Source: an uncultured Francisellaceae bacterium (GTDB lineage Bacteria; Pseudomonadota; Gammaproteobacteria; UBA6186; Azoamicaceae). From it: a stretch of 64,000 nt of DNA. Where the stretch lies: positions 33,842 through 97,841 of the forward strand of contig CAMFJH010000002.1 of the NCBI GenBank assembly GCA_945956915.1. The letters run 5' to 3'. The notes under the pieces were generated by a model. That model searched no databases and was not told the origin of the DNA. It saw nothing but the letters and a program-made list of their open reading frames with translations. The position numbers were made by a program, and so were the translations under genes. Positions 29,601 through 38,671 of this stretch are shown one piece after another; position 1 is the stretch's first letter, and each line of letters opens with the position of its first letter.

Positions 29601-30680
29601 ATGCGTGTATTAATTATTAAAACTTCTTCTTTAGGTGATATCATTCACACTTTACCGGCATTAACAGAAGCAAAGCATCATTGTCCAGAAATAATCTTTG
29701 ATTGGTTAGTGGATGAATCGTTTGCAGAAATACCCACTTGGCATCCTGCCATTGAAAATGTGATTGCCATTCCTTTAAGGCGCTGGCGTAAGCAATGGAA
29801 AAAAGCTTGGGATCAAGGTGAAATTCAGCAAGTCTTAGAAAAAATCAGAAGCAATACTTACGATAAGATTATTGATGCTCAAGGGTTATTTAAAAGCGCA
29901 TTATTAAGCTGCCTATGCAAAGGTAAAAGTGTAGGCTTATCCTTTTCATCTGCAAGAGAGCCTTTGGCGAGCCTATTGTATAATCAAAAAATTCAAGTGC
30001 CTAATTATAAAAAAGCACATGCAGTCGAGCGTTCAAGAATTTTATTTGCAAAAAGTTTAGGGTATGCAATACAAAGCTTATCTGCAGAATCTTTTGGTAA
30101 AATTTCTTATGGCTTAGAAAATAATCATTTTACCAGTACAGTACAAAATACTAAACCCTATTGCGTGTTTTTACATGGTACGACTTGGACAAGTAAATTA
30201 TGGCCTGAAATCTATTGGATTGCCTTATCGAATTTGTTAAAGCATGAAGGTTTTGAGATAAAATTACCTTGGGGCAATGCAATAGAATATGCTGCAGCAG
30301 AACGAATAAAAGCGAATGCTTCGCATGTAAATATTTTACCCAAATCCACGGTCTCAGAATTAGCTGTCATTTTGAGCGGTGCATCTGCAGTTATATCAAT
30401 GGATACGGGTTTGGGGCATTTAAGTGCTGCTTTAGGGGTACCCACGGTGGCACTTTTTGGTTCGACGGATCCTGTTTTAACAAGACCGATTGGGCAATTT
30501 CAAGAAACCTTAGGCTCCACCTTTAAATGTGCACCCTGTTTAAGTCGGGTGTGTACTTATAAGGGGGGGAAAACCATGGGCCCGCCTTGTTACGCCGAAT
30601 TATCACCGGAACGCGTCATGCGAAGTATTCAGAAACTGGTGGCGTATAAAAAAAAGCAACAGGTGCCTACCTATGATTAA
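29601..30680 (+). CDS. waaC: ADP-heptose:LPS heptosyltransferase I
   Basis: MRVLIIKTSSLGDIIHTLPAL...MDTGLGHLSAALGVPTVALFGSTDP (GT9). Confidence 0.85.
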   Translation: MRVLIIKTSSLGDIIHTLPALTEAKHHCPEIIFDWLVDESFAEIPTWHPAIENVIAIPLRRWRKQWKKAWDQGEIQQVLEKIRSNTYDKIIDAQGLFKSALLSCLCKGKSVGLSFSSAREPLASLLYNQKIQVPNYKKAHAVERSRILFAKSLGYAIQSLSAESFGKISYGLENNHFTSTVQNTKPYCVFLHGTTWTSKLWPEIYWIALSNLLKHEGFEIKLPWGNAIEYAAAERIKANASHVNILPKSTVSELAVILSGASAVISMDTGLGHLSAALGVPTVALFGSTDPVLTRPIGQFQETLGSTFKCAPCLSRVCTYKGGKTMGPPCYAELSPERVMRSIQKLVAYKKKQQVPTYD

Positions 30681-31881
30681 GCATACAATTTTGCAACAAA
30701 AATGCAACACCCTGGCCCATTATTTAGCTGTAGGATTGGCTTGGAGTATCCCTGTTTCTACTGCAGGTACGAATGTTAGTTTATCTTTATTGGTTTTATT
30801 TTGGTTTTTGGGTGGAAATATTAAAGAAAAAGCTCGGATTATTTTTGTAAATCCTATTACGAAAATGATTTTGTGGTTTTTTGGTTTATATGTTATTGGC
30901 AGTTTATATTCAGTAGGCCCTGTAGACGATAGACTGGCTTTATTATCGAAGATGAGCAAATTATTATATATTCCTTTTCTATTACCTCTTTTTACAGAAG
31001 CCAAATGGCGTTTAGCCGCTTATGGTGGTTTTATAGGAATGATGATCTTAACCTTTGTATTGGCTTTATGTAAATATTATCAGTGGATACCTGTGCCTTT
31101 GGGGTTAAGACACACCGAGGCCTGTATTTTTAAAGATCATATTGACACTAATTTATTGATGGCTTTTGTGATTTTCTTATTGGTGCATTGTGCTTTTTCT
31201 AAAACTTTGAGTGCTTCGTTGCGTTATGGCGTTTTAGTATTAGCAGCGTTATTGACTTATTATTTAGGTTTTATGAGCGAAGGGCGCTCAGGACAAGTTG
31301 TATTTGTGGCTTTAATCGTTACATTTTGTATTCAGCGATTTCGTTTAAAGGGCCTGTTCTATGGGTTGTTAACCTTAAGTGTGATAGGCAGTCTGTTTTT
31401 GTGGAATTCTGCGACCTTTCAGAAACGATGGATTTCTCAGGATAAAACTCAAGCAGAATGGGCCCCTGATCATTCTATTAGTCTACGTAAAGAGTTTTTT
31501 AAACACAGCCTAATACTCGCGAATCAGCATCCTTGGTTTGGTTTTGGGACGGGCAGTTTTAAATCGGTTTATGGTGCGTATGTAGAAACGCATCAATTAG
31601 AGAAAAGAGACAATCCGCATGGTGAATATCTGCATACGTATTTTCAGTTAGGCCTAATGGGTGTAGCGGGTTTGCTCTTATTATTTGGCTTATTGTTTAA
31701 AACCAGCTTTCAATTACCTCAATCTGATCGCTTTATTGCACAAGGCTTGTTGGTAGCCATTGGGGTAGGGTGCTTAGGTAATTCCTGGTTGATGGATTTT
31801 ACTGCAGGTTATTTCTTTGTTGTATTTACTGCCCTATGCTTTGGTGCATGGCAAAAAATAATAGGAACTTCAAACATATGA
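30673..31881 (+). CDS. O-antigen ligase / Wzy_C-family polytopic membrane protein
   Basis: About 10-12 predicted TM segments. SEGRSGQVVFVALIV loop. Position inside the core-LPS cluster. Confidence 0.6.
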   Translation: MIKHTILQQKCNTLAHYLAVGLAWSIPVSTAGTNVSLSLLVLFWFLGGNIKEKARIIFVNPITKMILWFFGLYVIGSLYSVGPVDDRLALLSKMSKLLYIPFLLPLFTEAKWRLAAYGGFIGMMILTFVLALCKYYQWIPVPLGLRHTEACIFKDHIDTNLLMAFVIFLLVHCAFSKTLSASLRYGVLVLAALLTYYLGFMSEGRSGQVVFVALIVTFCIQRFRLKGLFYGLLTLSVIGSLFLWNSATFQKRWISQDKTQAEWAPDHSISLRKEFFKHSLILANQHPWFGFGTGSFKSVYGAYVETHQLEKRDNPHGEYLHTYFQLGLMGVAGLLLLFGLLFKTSFQLPQSDRFIAQGLLVAIGVGCLGNSWLMDFTAGYFFVVFTALCFGAWQKIIGTSNI

Positions 31882-33332
31882 ATATTTATGCTTCTGATTT
31901 TGCTTTTTTTTCAGATGCCACTGTTTTGGTGGTGGGTGATGTGATGTTAGATTGTTATTGGCATGGGGCTACCTCCCGTATTTCTCCCGAAGCACCCATC
32001 CCGATTGTGCACCTTAAGAGCGAAGTAGAGCGCCCAGGAGGCGCTGCGAATGTTGCGCTCGGTATTGCTGCCTTAGGTACCAAGGTACATTTATTAGGGA
32101 TAGTGGGGCAGGATAAAGCGGGACATACTTTGAAGCATTTACTTGAAAATGCGAAGGTTCACTCGCACTTAAGCTTTTCAAACGATGTTTCGACCATTAC
32201 AAAATTGCGCGTCTTAAGCCATAGTCAACAAATGATTCGTTTGGATAAAGAGCCAGATTCTACTTTCCTTTCAGGACATGCGGTACAAACAGAATTACAA
32301 GCAGTTTATGATCACTTATTGGCTTCAGGTACTATAGGTGCGGTTGTGATATCCGATTATGGCAAAGGCACTTTAGAGGCGCCTTTTAGATTAATAGAAA
32401 AAGCCAGATCTTATGGTATTCCGGTTTTAGTGGATCCCAAATCCAATGATTTTAGTATTTATCGAGGTGCCACGCTGATAACGCCGAACTTAAAAGAGTT
32501 TGAAGCGGTCGTTGGAAAAGCACAGACTGAAGCAGAAATGGTACATAAAGCGAAAAATTTGATAAGCGATCATGATATCCATACATTGGTGATTACGCGC
32601 TCAGAACAAGGCATGTTAGTTGTGTCAGAGGATGGGGAAGTCGCCAATTTGCCAGCGCTTGCACAAGAAGTACACGATGTTACAGGTGCGGGGGATACCG
32701 TTGCAGCTGTTTTGGGCATCGGTTTGGCTGTAGAGATGGATGTGGTGAAAGCGGCTACATTGAGTAATAGGGCCGCAGGTTTGGTGGTCGGAAAATTAGG
32801 TGCTGCGACTGTTACGCTAGATGAATTAGAGTGTGCCTTTGGTGCAGAACAAGCTTTAACATTAGGTGTACTCACAGAAGATGTTTTGATTGAAAATATC
32901 AAATTAAGTAAAGCACGGGGGGAACGTATTGTTTTTACCAATGGTTGTTTTGATATTTTGCATGCAGGCCATGTCATGTATCTTGAACAAGCAAAAGAGT
33001 TAGGGGATAGAGTTATTATTGGGGTTAATACCGATGCTTCTGTATCAGCACTTAAAGGACCCAAACGCCCCATTAATACTTTGGAAAAAAGAATGCGAGT
33101 TTTAGCGGGCTTAAAGTCTGTGGATTGGGTAGTGCCTTTTAGCGAAAGTACGCCCGAACGTTTGATAAAGAGAATATCACCGCATGTATTAGTAAAAGGT
33201 GGCGATTATGCCTCTCCTGAATCTATCGTAGGGGCCCATCATGTGCTCAGCTATGGTGGGCAGGTAAAAATTTTAGGCCTAGAAGAAGGCTGTTCTACCA
33301 CAGGCACGATTGAAGCTATAACAGCTCTTTAA
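31878..33332 (+). CDS. hldE: Bifunctional D-beta-D-heptose 7-phosphate kinase / heptose 1-phosphate adenylyltransferase
   Basis: ORF 31836..33332. Probable ATG at 31878 (MNIYAS...VLVVGDVMLDCYW). C-terminal cytidylyltransferase motif TNGCFDILHAGH. Confidence 0.9.
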   Translation: MNIYASDFAFFSDATVLVVGDVMLDCYWHGATSRISPEAPIPIVHLKSEVERPGGAANVALGIAALGTKVHLLGIVGQDKAGHTLKHLLENAKVHSHLSFSNDVSTITKLRVLSHSQQMIRLDKEPDSTFLSGHAVQTELQAVYDHLLASGTIGAVVISDYGKGTLEAPFRLIEKARSYGIPVLVDPKSNDFSIYRGATLITPNLKEFEAVVGKAQTEAEMVHKAKNLISDHDIHTLVITRSEQGMLVVSEDGEVANLPALAQEVHDVTGAGDTVAAVLGIGLAVEMDVVKAATLSNRAAGLVVGKLGAATVTLDELECAFGAEQALTLGVLTEDVLIENIKLSKARGERIVFTNGCFDILHAGHVMYLEQAKELGDRVIIGVNTDASVSALKGPKRPINTLEKRMRVLAGLKSVDWVVPFSESTPERLIKRISPHVLVKGGDYASPESIVGAHHVLSYGGQVKILGLEEGCSTTGTIEAITAL

Positions 33333-33395
33333 GCTTTAGGTGCTTTTTTAACAGGCTTAGTATCACTTTCTGGGACTTTATACGCTTCTAACTTG
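33330..33395 (-). pseudogene. 3' remnant of a gene interrupted by the IS4-family element
   Basis: Minus-strand frame reads KLEAYKVPESDTKPVKKAPKA-stop. Its stop overlaps the hldE stop. Confidence 0.35.
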
Positions 33396-35001
33396 TTCAA
33401 CTTTGAAGTAAATTTAGCCAACAGGATGACTTTATTCTCCCGATGTTGCACACTAAAATGATTAAATTTTTTCAAGCAGCCTTCTTTTTGATGGCTTTTG
33501 GGTCTTTTATAATGATGGGGAATCGAGTTCTTCTCTTTTGTTTTGCCCCTTTAAGCCGACCTGGTGGTTTAACTCGGGGTTTTGGTGCATAGGCAGGTGT
33601 TCCAATTTCGGCAGTTATTTGAGTAAAAGACTTTTGAACTTGCCTTGCAGATTTTACTCTCTCATTATTTTTCATTTCGGGCAAATATTTTTCCCATGGG
33701 GTTGGTAAATTGCTTGCCAATTTGCGTGCCATATAAAGTTGTGCATAAGCCAAAGATGAGAGCTTCCAACAGGATTCTTCATGAAGTGTATCGGGTGTTT
33801 GAAATTTATCCATGAGCAATCTCGTTTTACCAAATTTAAAAAAATGCTCTATATCGTAACGTCGCTTATACGATTGCCAAATCTGCATTAGGTTTAACGA
33901 TTGTCTTTGTTTTCCAGAAACCATAAGCCACATAGCTCGTTTATAAACTGGGTTATTGTTTTCATCAGTGATGGTGATTCTAATCAGCCTAAATGGATAT
34001 TTATTTAAGTGTATGTTATTTTTCTGCCGCATTAATAGTTCATCCCAACATTGAATATGTGCTGTAAATTGTTTGGCTTTTCGAGTTTTAAAAATTGCAG
34101 ATAGGGATTCTGCCGGGGTGCACCAGGTGGCATTATCTTTTAAATTAAATTCTTTTCCATACCATAATTCATGGCCTCGTTCACGTCTACCCGTTATTTT
34201 TAGTTTTTTTGGACTGGCTTTATGATTGAAAATACGATTACTTTTCAAGCGTGCAATTAAAATTAAGTTTGTATGATTTTGCATACCATCAATAAATTTT
34301 GGACTGCTATAGGCGGTATCTCCTAAAATGACTGTTAATTCAGAACCAAAAAATGGCATCGCTGTGTTTACTTGTTGTATACCAACAGCAATCCCATTAG
34401 TATGGGTTGCCACACGTTGAGTAGATAACGGTAAGATCCAAGGCACTTGTTCTTCATTTAAATTTTGCTCTGGCAAAAAACCCATAATACTGTATTGGTG
34501 ACCAACCGTAATGGGTTTATTCCCAGGAATGACATTCGGAGCATGAATGATACCTTTATCTGCAAGTGTTTTAGAATATTTGCGAGGTGCTGCAGTACAA
34601 TCTAATACCATTAAACGAAAAGGTTGTCTTTCTGTGATAGAAGAGCAATGCTTAATTAAACAATGTTCTAAGCGCATGCTTTGTTGCGGATCTTTGGCAA
34701 AATGAGTGATAGCATCTCGGATACTTCCATATCTACGCCTGAAAATAGGATTTAAAGATAATTGTACAACTGAAGTAGCATGCGTATTACCAGATAAGAC
34801 ATCTACAAGATCCATAGTGGAATCTGCTCGAAATGAAAAACAATTAAAAATTTGGTCGCGAAATTGTTTAAATTTGTTTACAATGGCTACTTGCATAAGA
34901 GGTGTCCTTCACTTTGGTAAGAGACTGTGACATTACACCTTCTTATGCAATTAATCAAATTATTATATCAGTTGAATTGCTAAATTCACTTCAAAGTTGA
35001 A
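33396..35001 (-). mobile_element. IS4-family insertion sequence (1606 bp) with 23-bp terminal inverted repeats
   Basis: IR TTCAACTTTGAAGT(A/G)AATTTAGC at 33396-33418 and, reverse-complemented, at 34979-35001. Encodes a 474-aa DDE transposase. Confidence 0.85.
33472..34896 (-). CDS. IS4-family DDE transposase
   Basis: VLDCTA (D1), ILGDTAYSS (D2), and YKRRYDIEHFFKFGK, which is the Y-2-R-3-E-6-K (YREK) signature. Confidence 0.85.
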   Translation of the reverse strand: MQVAIVNKFKQFRDQIFNCFSFRADSTMDLVDVLSGNTHATSVVQLSLNPIFRRRYGSIRDAITHFAKDPQQSMRLEHCLIKHCSSITERQPFRLMVLDCTAAPRKYSKTLADKGIIHAPNVIPGNKPITVGHQYSIMGFLPEQNLNEEQVPWILPLSTQRVATHTNGIAVGIQQVNTAMPFFGSELTVILGDTAYSSPKFIDGMQNHTNLILIARLKSNRIFNHKASPKKLKITGRRERGHELWYGKEFNLKDNATWCTPAESLSAIFKTRKAKQFTAHIQCWDELLMRQKNNIHLNKYPFRLIRITITDENNNPVYKRAMWLMVSGKQRQSLNLMQIWQSYKRRYDIEHFFKFGKTRLLMDKFQTPDTLHEESCWKLSSLAYAQLYMARKLASNLPTPWEKYLPEMKNNERVKSARQVQKSFTQITAEIGTPAYAPKPRVKPPGRLKGAKQKRRTRFPIIIKDPKAIKKKAA

Positions 35002-35210
35002 ACGAACAGCTTTTGTATTGAAGGATGCACCTAGCTCTGCTGCTGTTTGCGGTGATTTTTTTGCTAGCTCATCCTGCAATTGTGCTAAATAATTTTTAAA
35101 ATGGTCGACTGTCTCTTCCAATTCTCCAAGCTTTTGTTCAGTCAGATATATTTTTGTAAGTTCTGGATCTGTTCCCTTATCTACGCCGATACATTCATGA
35201 TCTCTTTTGG
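35002..35210 (-). pseudogene. Internal remnant of the same disrupted gene, bounded by the IS4 element and by an IS6 end
   Basis: Minus-strand open frame KRDHECIGVDKGTDPELTKIYLTEQKLGELEETVDHFKNYLAQLQDELAKKSPQTAAELGASFNTKAVR, with no start codon before the IS6 inverted repeat. Confidence 0.35.
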
Positions 35211-35448
35211 TTGTGTTGCAAGAATCCTGTGCTTATGATACTATGCACGTATATTTATGGCGGTGGGTCAAGCAGAATGAGCAATCAAATCAGTTTTAAG
35301 TGGAGGCAGTTTCCAACGGATTTTATTTTATTAATGGTTCGTTGGTATTTATCCTACTCTTTAAGCTACCGTAATATTGAAGAGATGATCTTGGAACTGG
35401 TGATTCATGTTATTCATACAACCATTCATAGCTGGGTATTTTATTGCG
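35209..35448 (+). mobile_element. IS6-family left-end fragment (about 240 bp, degenerate)
   Basis: GGTTGTGTTGCAAGAATCC inverted repeat plus the first ~60 transposase codons (MSNQISFKWRQFPTD...). Similarity to the full copies is lost near 35448. Confidence 0.75.
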
Positions 35449-35457
35449 ACAGAACCT

Positions 35458-35745
35458 TCAAACACGCATTTCATGGCCTGCTGCATACTTGTGTAAGATA
35501 CTCGCGATAAGGGTTTGATAGGGCAACCCTTCATGAGCAGCTTTTTGTTTAATCTGCTGTAAATCAGTCGCTGATATTCTAATATTGATACGCGCTCCTT
35601 TAGAAAAGTAGTTAGTAGCAGCTTTTTTTGATTTAACCCTCTCTCTATTTAAATTTTTAACACTTTTCCATTCTCCACGGTCGAAAGAAACAGATAAGGA
35701 TTTCTCATTTTGATCTAAATTAAAAACTGGTTTTTTAATCATCAT
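35458..35745 (-). CDS. brnA: BrnA-type antitoxin (RHH/CopG-like)
   Basis: RINIRISATDLQQIKQKAAHEGLPYQTLIASILHKYAAG. Overlaps the toxin gene by 11 nt. Confidence 0.7.
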   Translation of the reverse strand: MMIKKPVFNLDQNEKSLSVSFDRGEWKSVKNLNRERVKSKKAATNYFSKGARINIRISATDLQQIKQKAAHEGLPYQTLIASILHKYAAGHEMRV

Positions 35746-36034
35746 AAATTACCTCATTAGTAGAACTTGAATATTGCTTAGTTGCTTTTCTACTCGGAAA
35801 AGCGGTTTTAAGAAAAATTTCACTCTCACTCTCTACAAAAGGAACTAAATACACGTAGCCGTAAAGCTCTAAAACATACATTTTTTGATGTGAATATTTT
35901 TGTGGATTAGGGTGCATAATCACATCTAAAGGCCCCATATTTTCTAAAACAGCTATAATTTCCTCAAAACTAACCCCCCTTAATTCAATAAGTTTTTTGT
36001 TTTTCTCTGGATCAAAGTTGTAAATAAGTGACAT
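35735..36034 (-). CDS. brnT: BrnT-type toxin (DUF497)
   Basis: FDPEKNKKLIELRGVSFEEIIAVLEN...LKTAFPSRKATKQY resembles the DUF497 pattern F.WD..KN..N...HGVSFEEA...ARKA. Confidence 0.65.
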   Translation of the reverse strand: MSLIYNFDPEKNKKLIELRGVSFEEIIAVLENMGPLDVIMHPNPQKYSHQKMYVLELYGYVYLVPFVESESEIFLKTAFPSRKATKQYSSSTNEVIYDD

Positions 36035-36748
36035 GTAAATAATATTAGTACATTGTACGCCTTATGTCAACACACCAGGGTCAATTAGGTTGTGTTGCAA
36101 GAATCCTGCGCTTATGATACTACGCACGTATATTTATGGTGATGAGTCAAGCAGAATGAGCAATCAAATCAGTTTTAAGTGGAGGCAGTTTCCAACGGAT
36201 CTTATTTTATTAATGGTTCGTTGGTATTTATCCTATTCTTTAAGTTATCGTAATATTGAAGAGATGATGTTGGAACGGGGGATTCATGTTGATCACACAA
36301 CCATTAATCGCTGGGTAGTTTATTACGCACCCTTATTAGAAGCTGCATTTAGAAAAAAATTTAAGAGTAATATTGGAAAAAGTTGGCGCATGGACGAAAC
36401 GTACATTAAAATAAAAGGTGTCTGGCATTATTTATATCGCGCAGTTGATAAGAATGGCGATACAGTTGAATTTATGCTATCAGAAAAGCGCGATAAACCT
36501 GCTGCAGAAGCTTTTTTTATAAAAGCAATCGGTTCAAATGATTTGTCAGAAAAAGTAACGATTGATAAAAGCGGTTCAAATTATGCTGGATTAAAATCAA
36601 TCAACGCTACGCTCGCACTCATATTATTACTTGGATTTTCTATTATGGAAATAAAAATACAGCAAATAAAATATTTAAACAATATTGTTGAACAAGATCA
36701 CAGGGGAATTAAAAGAATCACAAGTCCGATGATGGGTTTTAAAAATTT

Positions 36749-37800
36749 GGCTCTTCATGGGTTTCGGGGAGTTTTCATATTAATTAAAATCTGTTACTAT
36801 TCTGGAAATAGTTCAATAACATATGCAAGGTCTATAGTATGTTTACAACACTTGTCAATATAAAAAACCTAGTTGATGATCAAAAATGTTACGACGCTGT
36901 AAGATCATTACGTTGGGCAGATAAATGCTTATGTCCGCATTGTGATTCAACTGATATTATTAAACGTGGTAAAGATGAAATAACACCTGCTAAGCAACGA
37001 TATATCTGTAAATCTTGTGAAAAACACTTTGATGATTTAACGGGCACTCTATTTTCAGGACATCATCAACCACTTAAGGTGTGGGTTTTATGCCTTTATT
37101 TTATGGGGTTAAATCTATCAAATCTTCAAATTTCAAAAGAACTTGATTTAAATAAAGATGATGTTCAGAAAATGACAAGTCAATTGAGAGATGGAATTTA
37201 TATAAGAGCTCCTGAAGTTAAATTATCGGGCGAAGTAGAATTTGATGAAGTTTATGTGGTTGCTGGTCATAAAGGAAATTCCAAGGTTATAAAAAAAAGG
37301 ACGTCTTGGTAGACGAAATCGTTTCAAAGGTGCTAGAGGGCGTGGGACTTTAGAAAAAGAAAAACCGCCTATTTTTGGAATGATTCAAAGAGGTGGCCAG
37401 GTTGTAATCAGAATGTTATCAGATGTAAAACAAGCTACAATAGAACTCATAATTAAAAATGTTGTTAAGATGGGCAGCAGAATTTTTACTGATGAGTATG
37501 ACATTTATGCTCGATTAACCCTATGGGGTTATGAACACAAAACTGTTTGTCATGGCTCGTATGAATATGCCAGAGACGAAGATGGTGATGGATTTCACGA
37601 AGTGCATGTAAATAGCATAGAAGGTTTTTGGTCTTTATTGCGATCATGGTTGAGACCACATCGAGGGATCTCGCAGGAAAAACTACCTATTTATTTGGGG
37701 TTCTTCGAGTTCATTCATAATGTTAAAAAACGTGGGAAAGCCGTGCTTTTGTCACTGTTGGAGAATTTATTGTGTATCTCCCCAAAACACATATAGAGCC
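36749..37800 (+). mobile_element. IS1595-family (ISXO2-like) insertion sequence, 1052 bp, with a perfect 8-bp target-site duplication
   Basis: Imperfect IRs GGCTCTTCATGGGTTTCGGGGAG and GGCTCTATATGTGTTTTGGGGAG (reverse complement). AAAAATTT at 36741-36748 and at 37801-37808. Confidence 0.85.
36839..37796 (+). pseudogene. IS1595-family transposase, in two frames separated at an A8 run
   Basis: Zinc ribbon CPHCDS...CKSCEKHF. DDE motifs EFDEVYV, IFTDEYDIY and NSIEGFWSLLRSW. ORF 36839..37312 and ORF 37380..37796 are in frames differing by +1. The A8 run is at 37291-37298. Confidence 0.75.
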
Positions 37801-37963
37801 AAAAATTTTTATTCTGCGGAATCTACATTAGCAGGCATCGAACTGTGGCGCATGCTTAAAAAAGGTCAACATATTGATGCGGCAAACTCTTCAATCTTTG
37901 AGCAGTTTTATGCGCTCGCTGCTTAACCTCGTCTAGGAAAAATACGTTTACAATTTGTGAGTG

Positions 37964-38290
37964 TCAGATAATTTTTTTGCAACACAACCTATGAATCTGA
38001 ATAGGCTCTATGGGATCGAGTCTCTCCCTGATTTGAGTGTCACAAGGTATTTGCTGGATACCATATAAAGTCCTTAGGTTATGTTTAAGCGCTTTATCTT
38101 CCATTCGGCCTTGGTCAAACTGAAGTAAAGAAGGGTATTTAAGACTAAAAATCGCTAGACCCGACATAAGACAATCGGCCAATGAAAAATTGCACACACG
38201 TTTTCTAGCCGGCTCAGTTATTTTTTGAAATTTTCGATACGCCAATTTATACAAAAATTCTGCTGAGAAAGCCTTTCTTAACTTAGCCAT
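37964..38290 (-). pseudogene. Truncated ORF running into the IS6 right inverted repeat; possibly the N-terminal part of another transposase (tentative)
   Basis: The 108-aa ORF has its last ~9 codons inside the IS6 IRR (37964-37989), so the native 3' part is missing. The FSLADCLMSGLAIFSLKYPSLLQFD motif looks transposase-like to me, but this is unverified. Confidence 0.35.
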
Positions 38291-38671
38291 TTTGTAATCC
38301 TCCCATAACAGTTAATTACTCAGCTAAATAATGAAAGTCTGCGAAAAATATTTTTTTCACTGGCTTACAACCTTGATTATACCTGGGTTAAATCGATGGC
38401 GGGAATCCCTGACTATTTTTTTATTTCAATATGAAGCACACGGAAAGGTGTGCGAAATAGTCTGAGTAGTTACACAAAAAGTATATATCTATTTTAATAT
38501 TCCAACTGCCGACTCTTAGGATGAAACATAACATAACGGGTTTTATGGCTAGTGACCCCAATTCTCCTGCTTTATTGAGAACTTACGGTTAGTACTAGCT
38601 CCATAATAGAGGAATGTGTGCTAGGATGTGGTGATAGGTAAAAGCAAAGAAATCACAAGGAGGAATAATAT

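Larger units (their letters stand above)
36156..37926 (+). pseudogene. IS6-family transposase gene split by the IS1595-family insertion
   Basis: The reading frame (MSNQISFKW...MMGFK) breaks at 36748 and resumes at 37809 (...SAESTLAGIELWRMLKKGQHIDAANSSIFEQFYALAA). Confidence 0.8.
36088..37989 (+). mobile_element. IS6-family insertion sequence (842 bp without the insert), interrupted by a nested IS1595-family element
   Basis: IRL GGTTGTGTTGCAAG at 36088. IRR ends at 37989 (TTGCAACACAACC). Transposase motifs WRMDETYIKIKG, YLYRAVDKNG and NNIVEQDHRGIKR. Confidence 0.85.

Noticed and set aside
35211-35510. 99-aa plus-strand ORF, and the N-terminal extensions MCCKNP... of ORFs 36090 and 41017
   Set aside because: They start inside the IS6 inverted repeat. 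The conserved transposase start is the internal ATG (MSNQISFKW). The 35211 ORF is a degenerate fragment that runs into the antisense of brnA.
37285-37300. A AAA AAA heptamer as a programmed -1 ribosomal frameshift site in the IS1595 transposase
   Set aside because: The downstream frame is +1, not -1, relative to the upstream frame (36839 vs 37380). A classical -1 slip would give the wrong frame. A 1-nt homopolymer insertion, possibly bypassed by transcriptional slippage, fits better.
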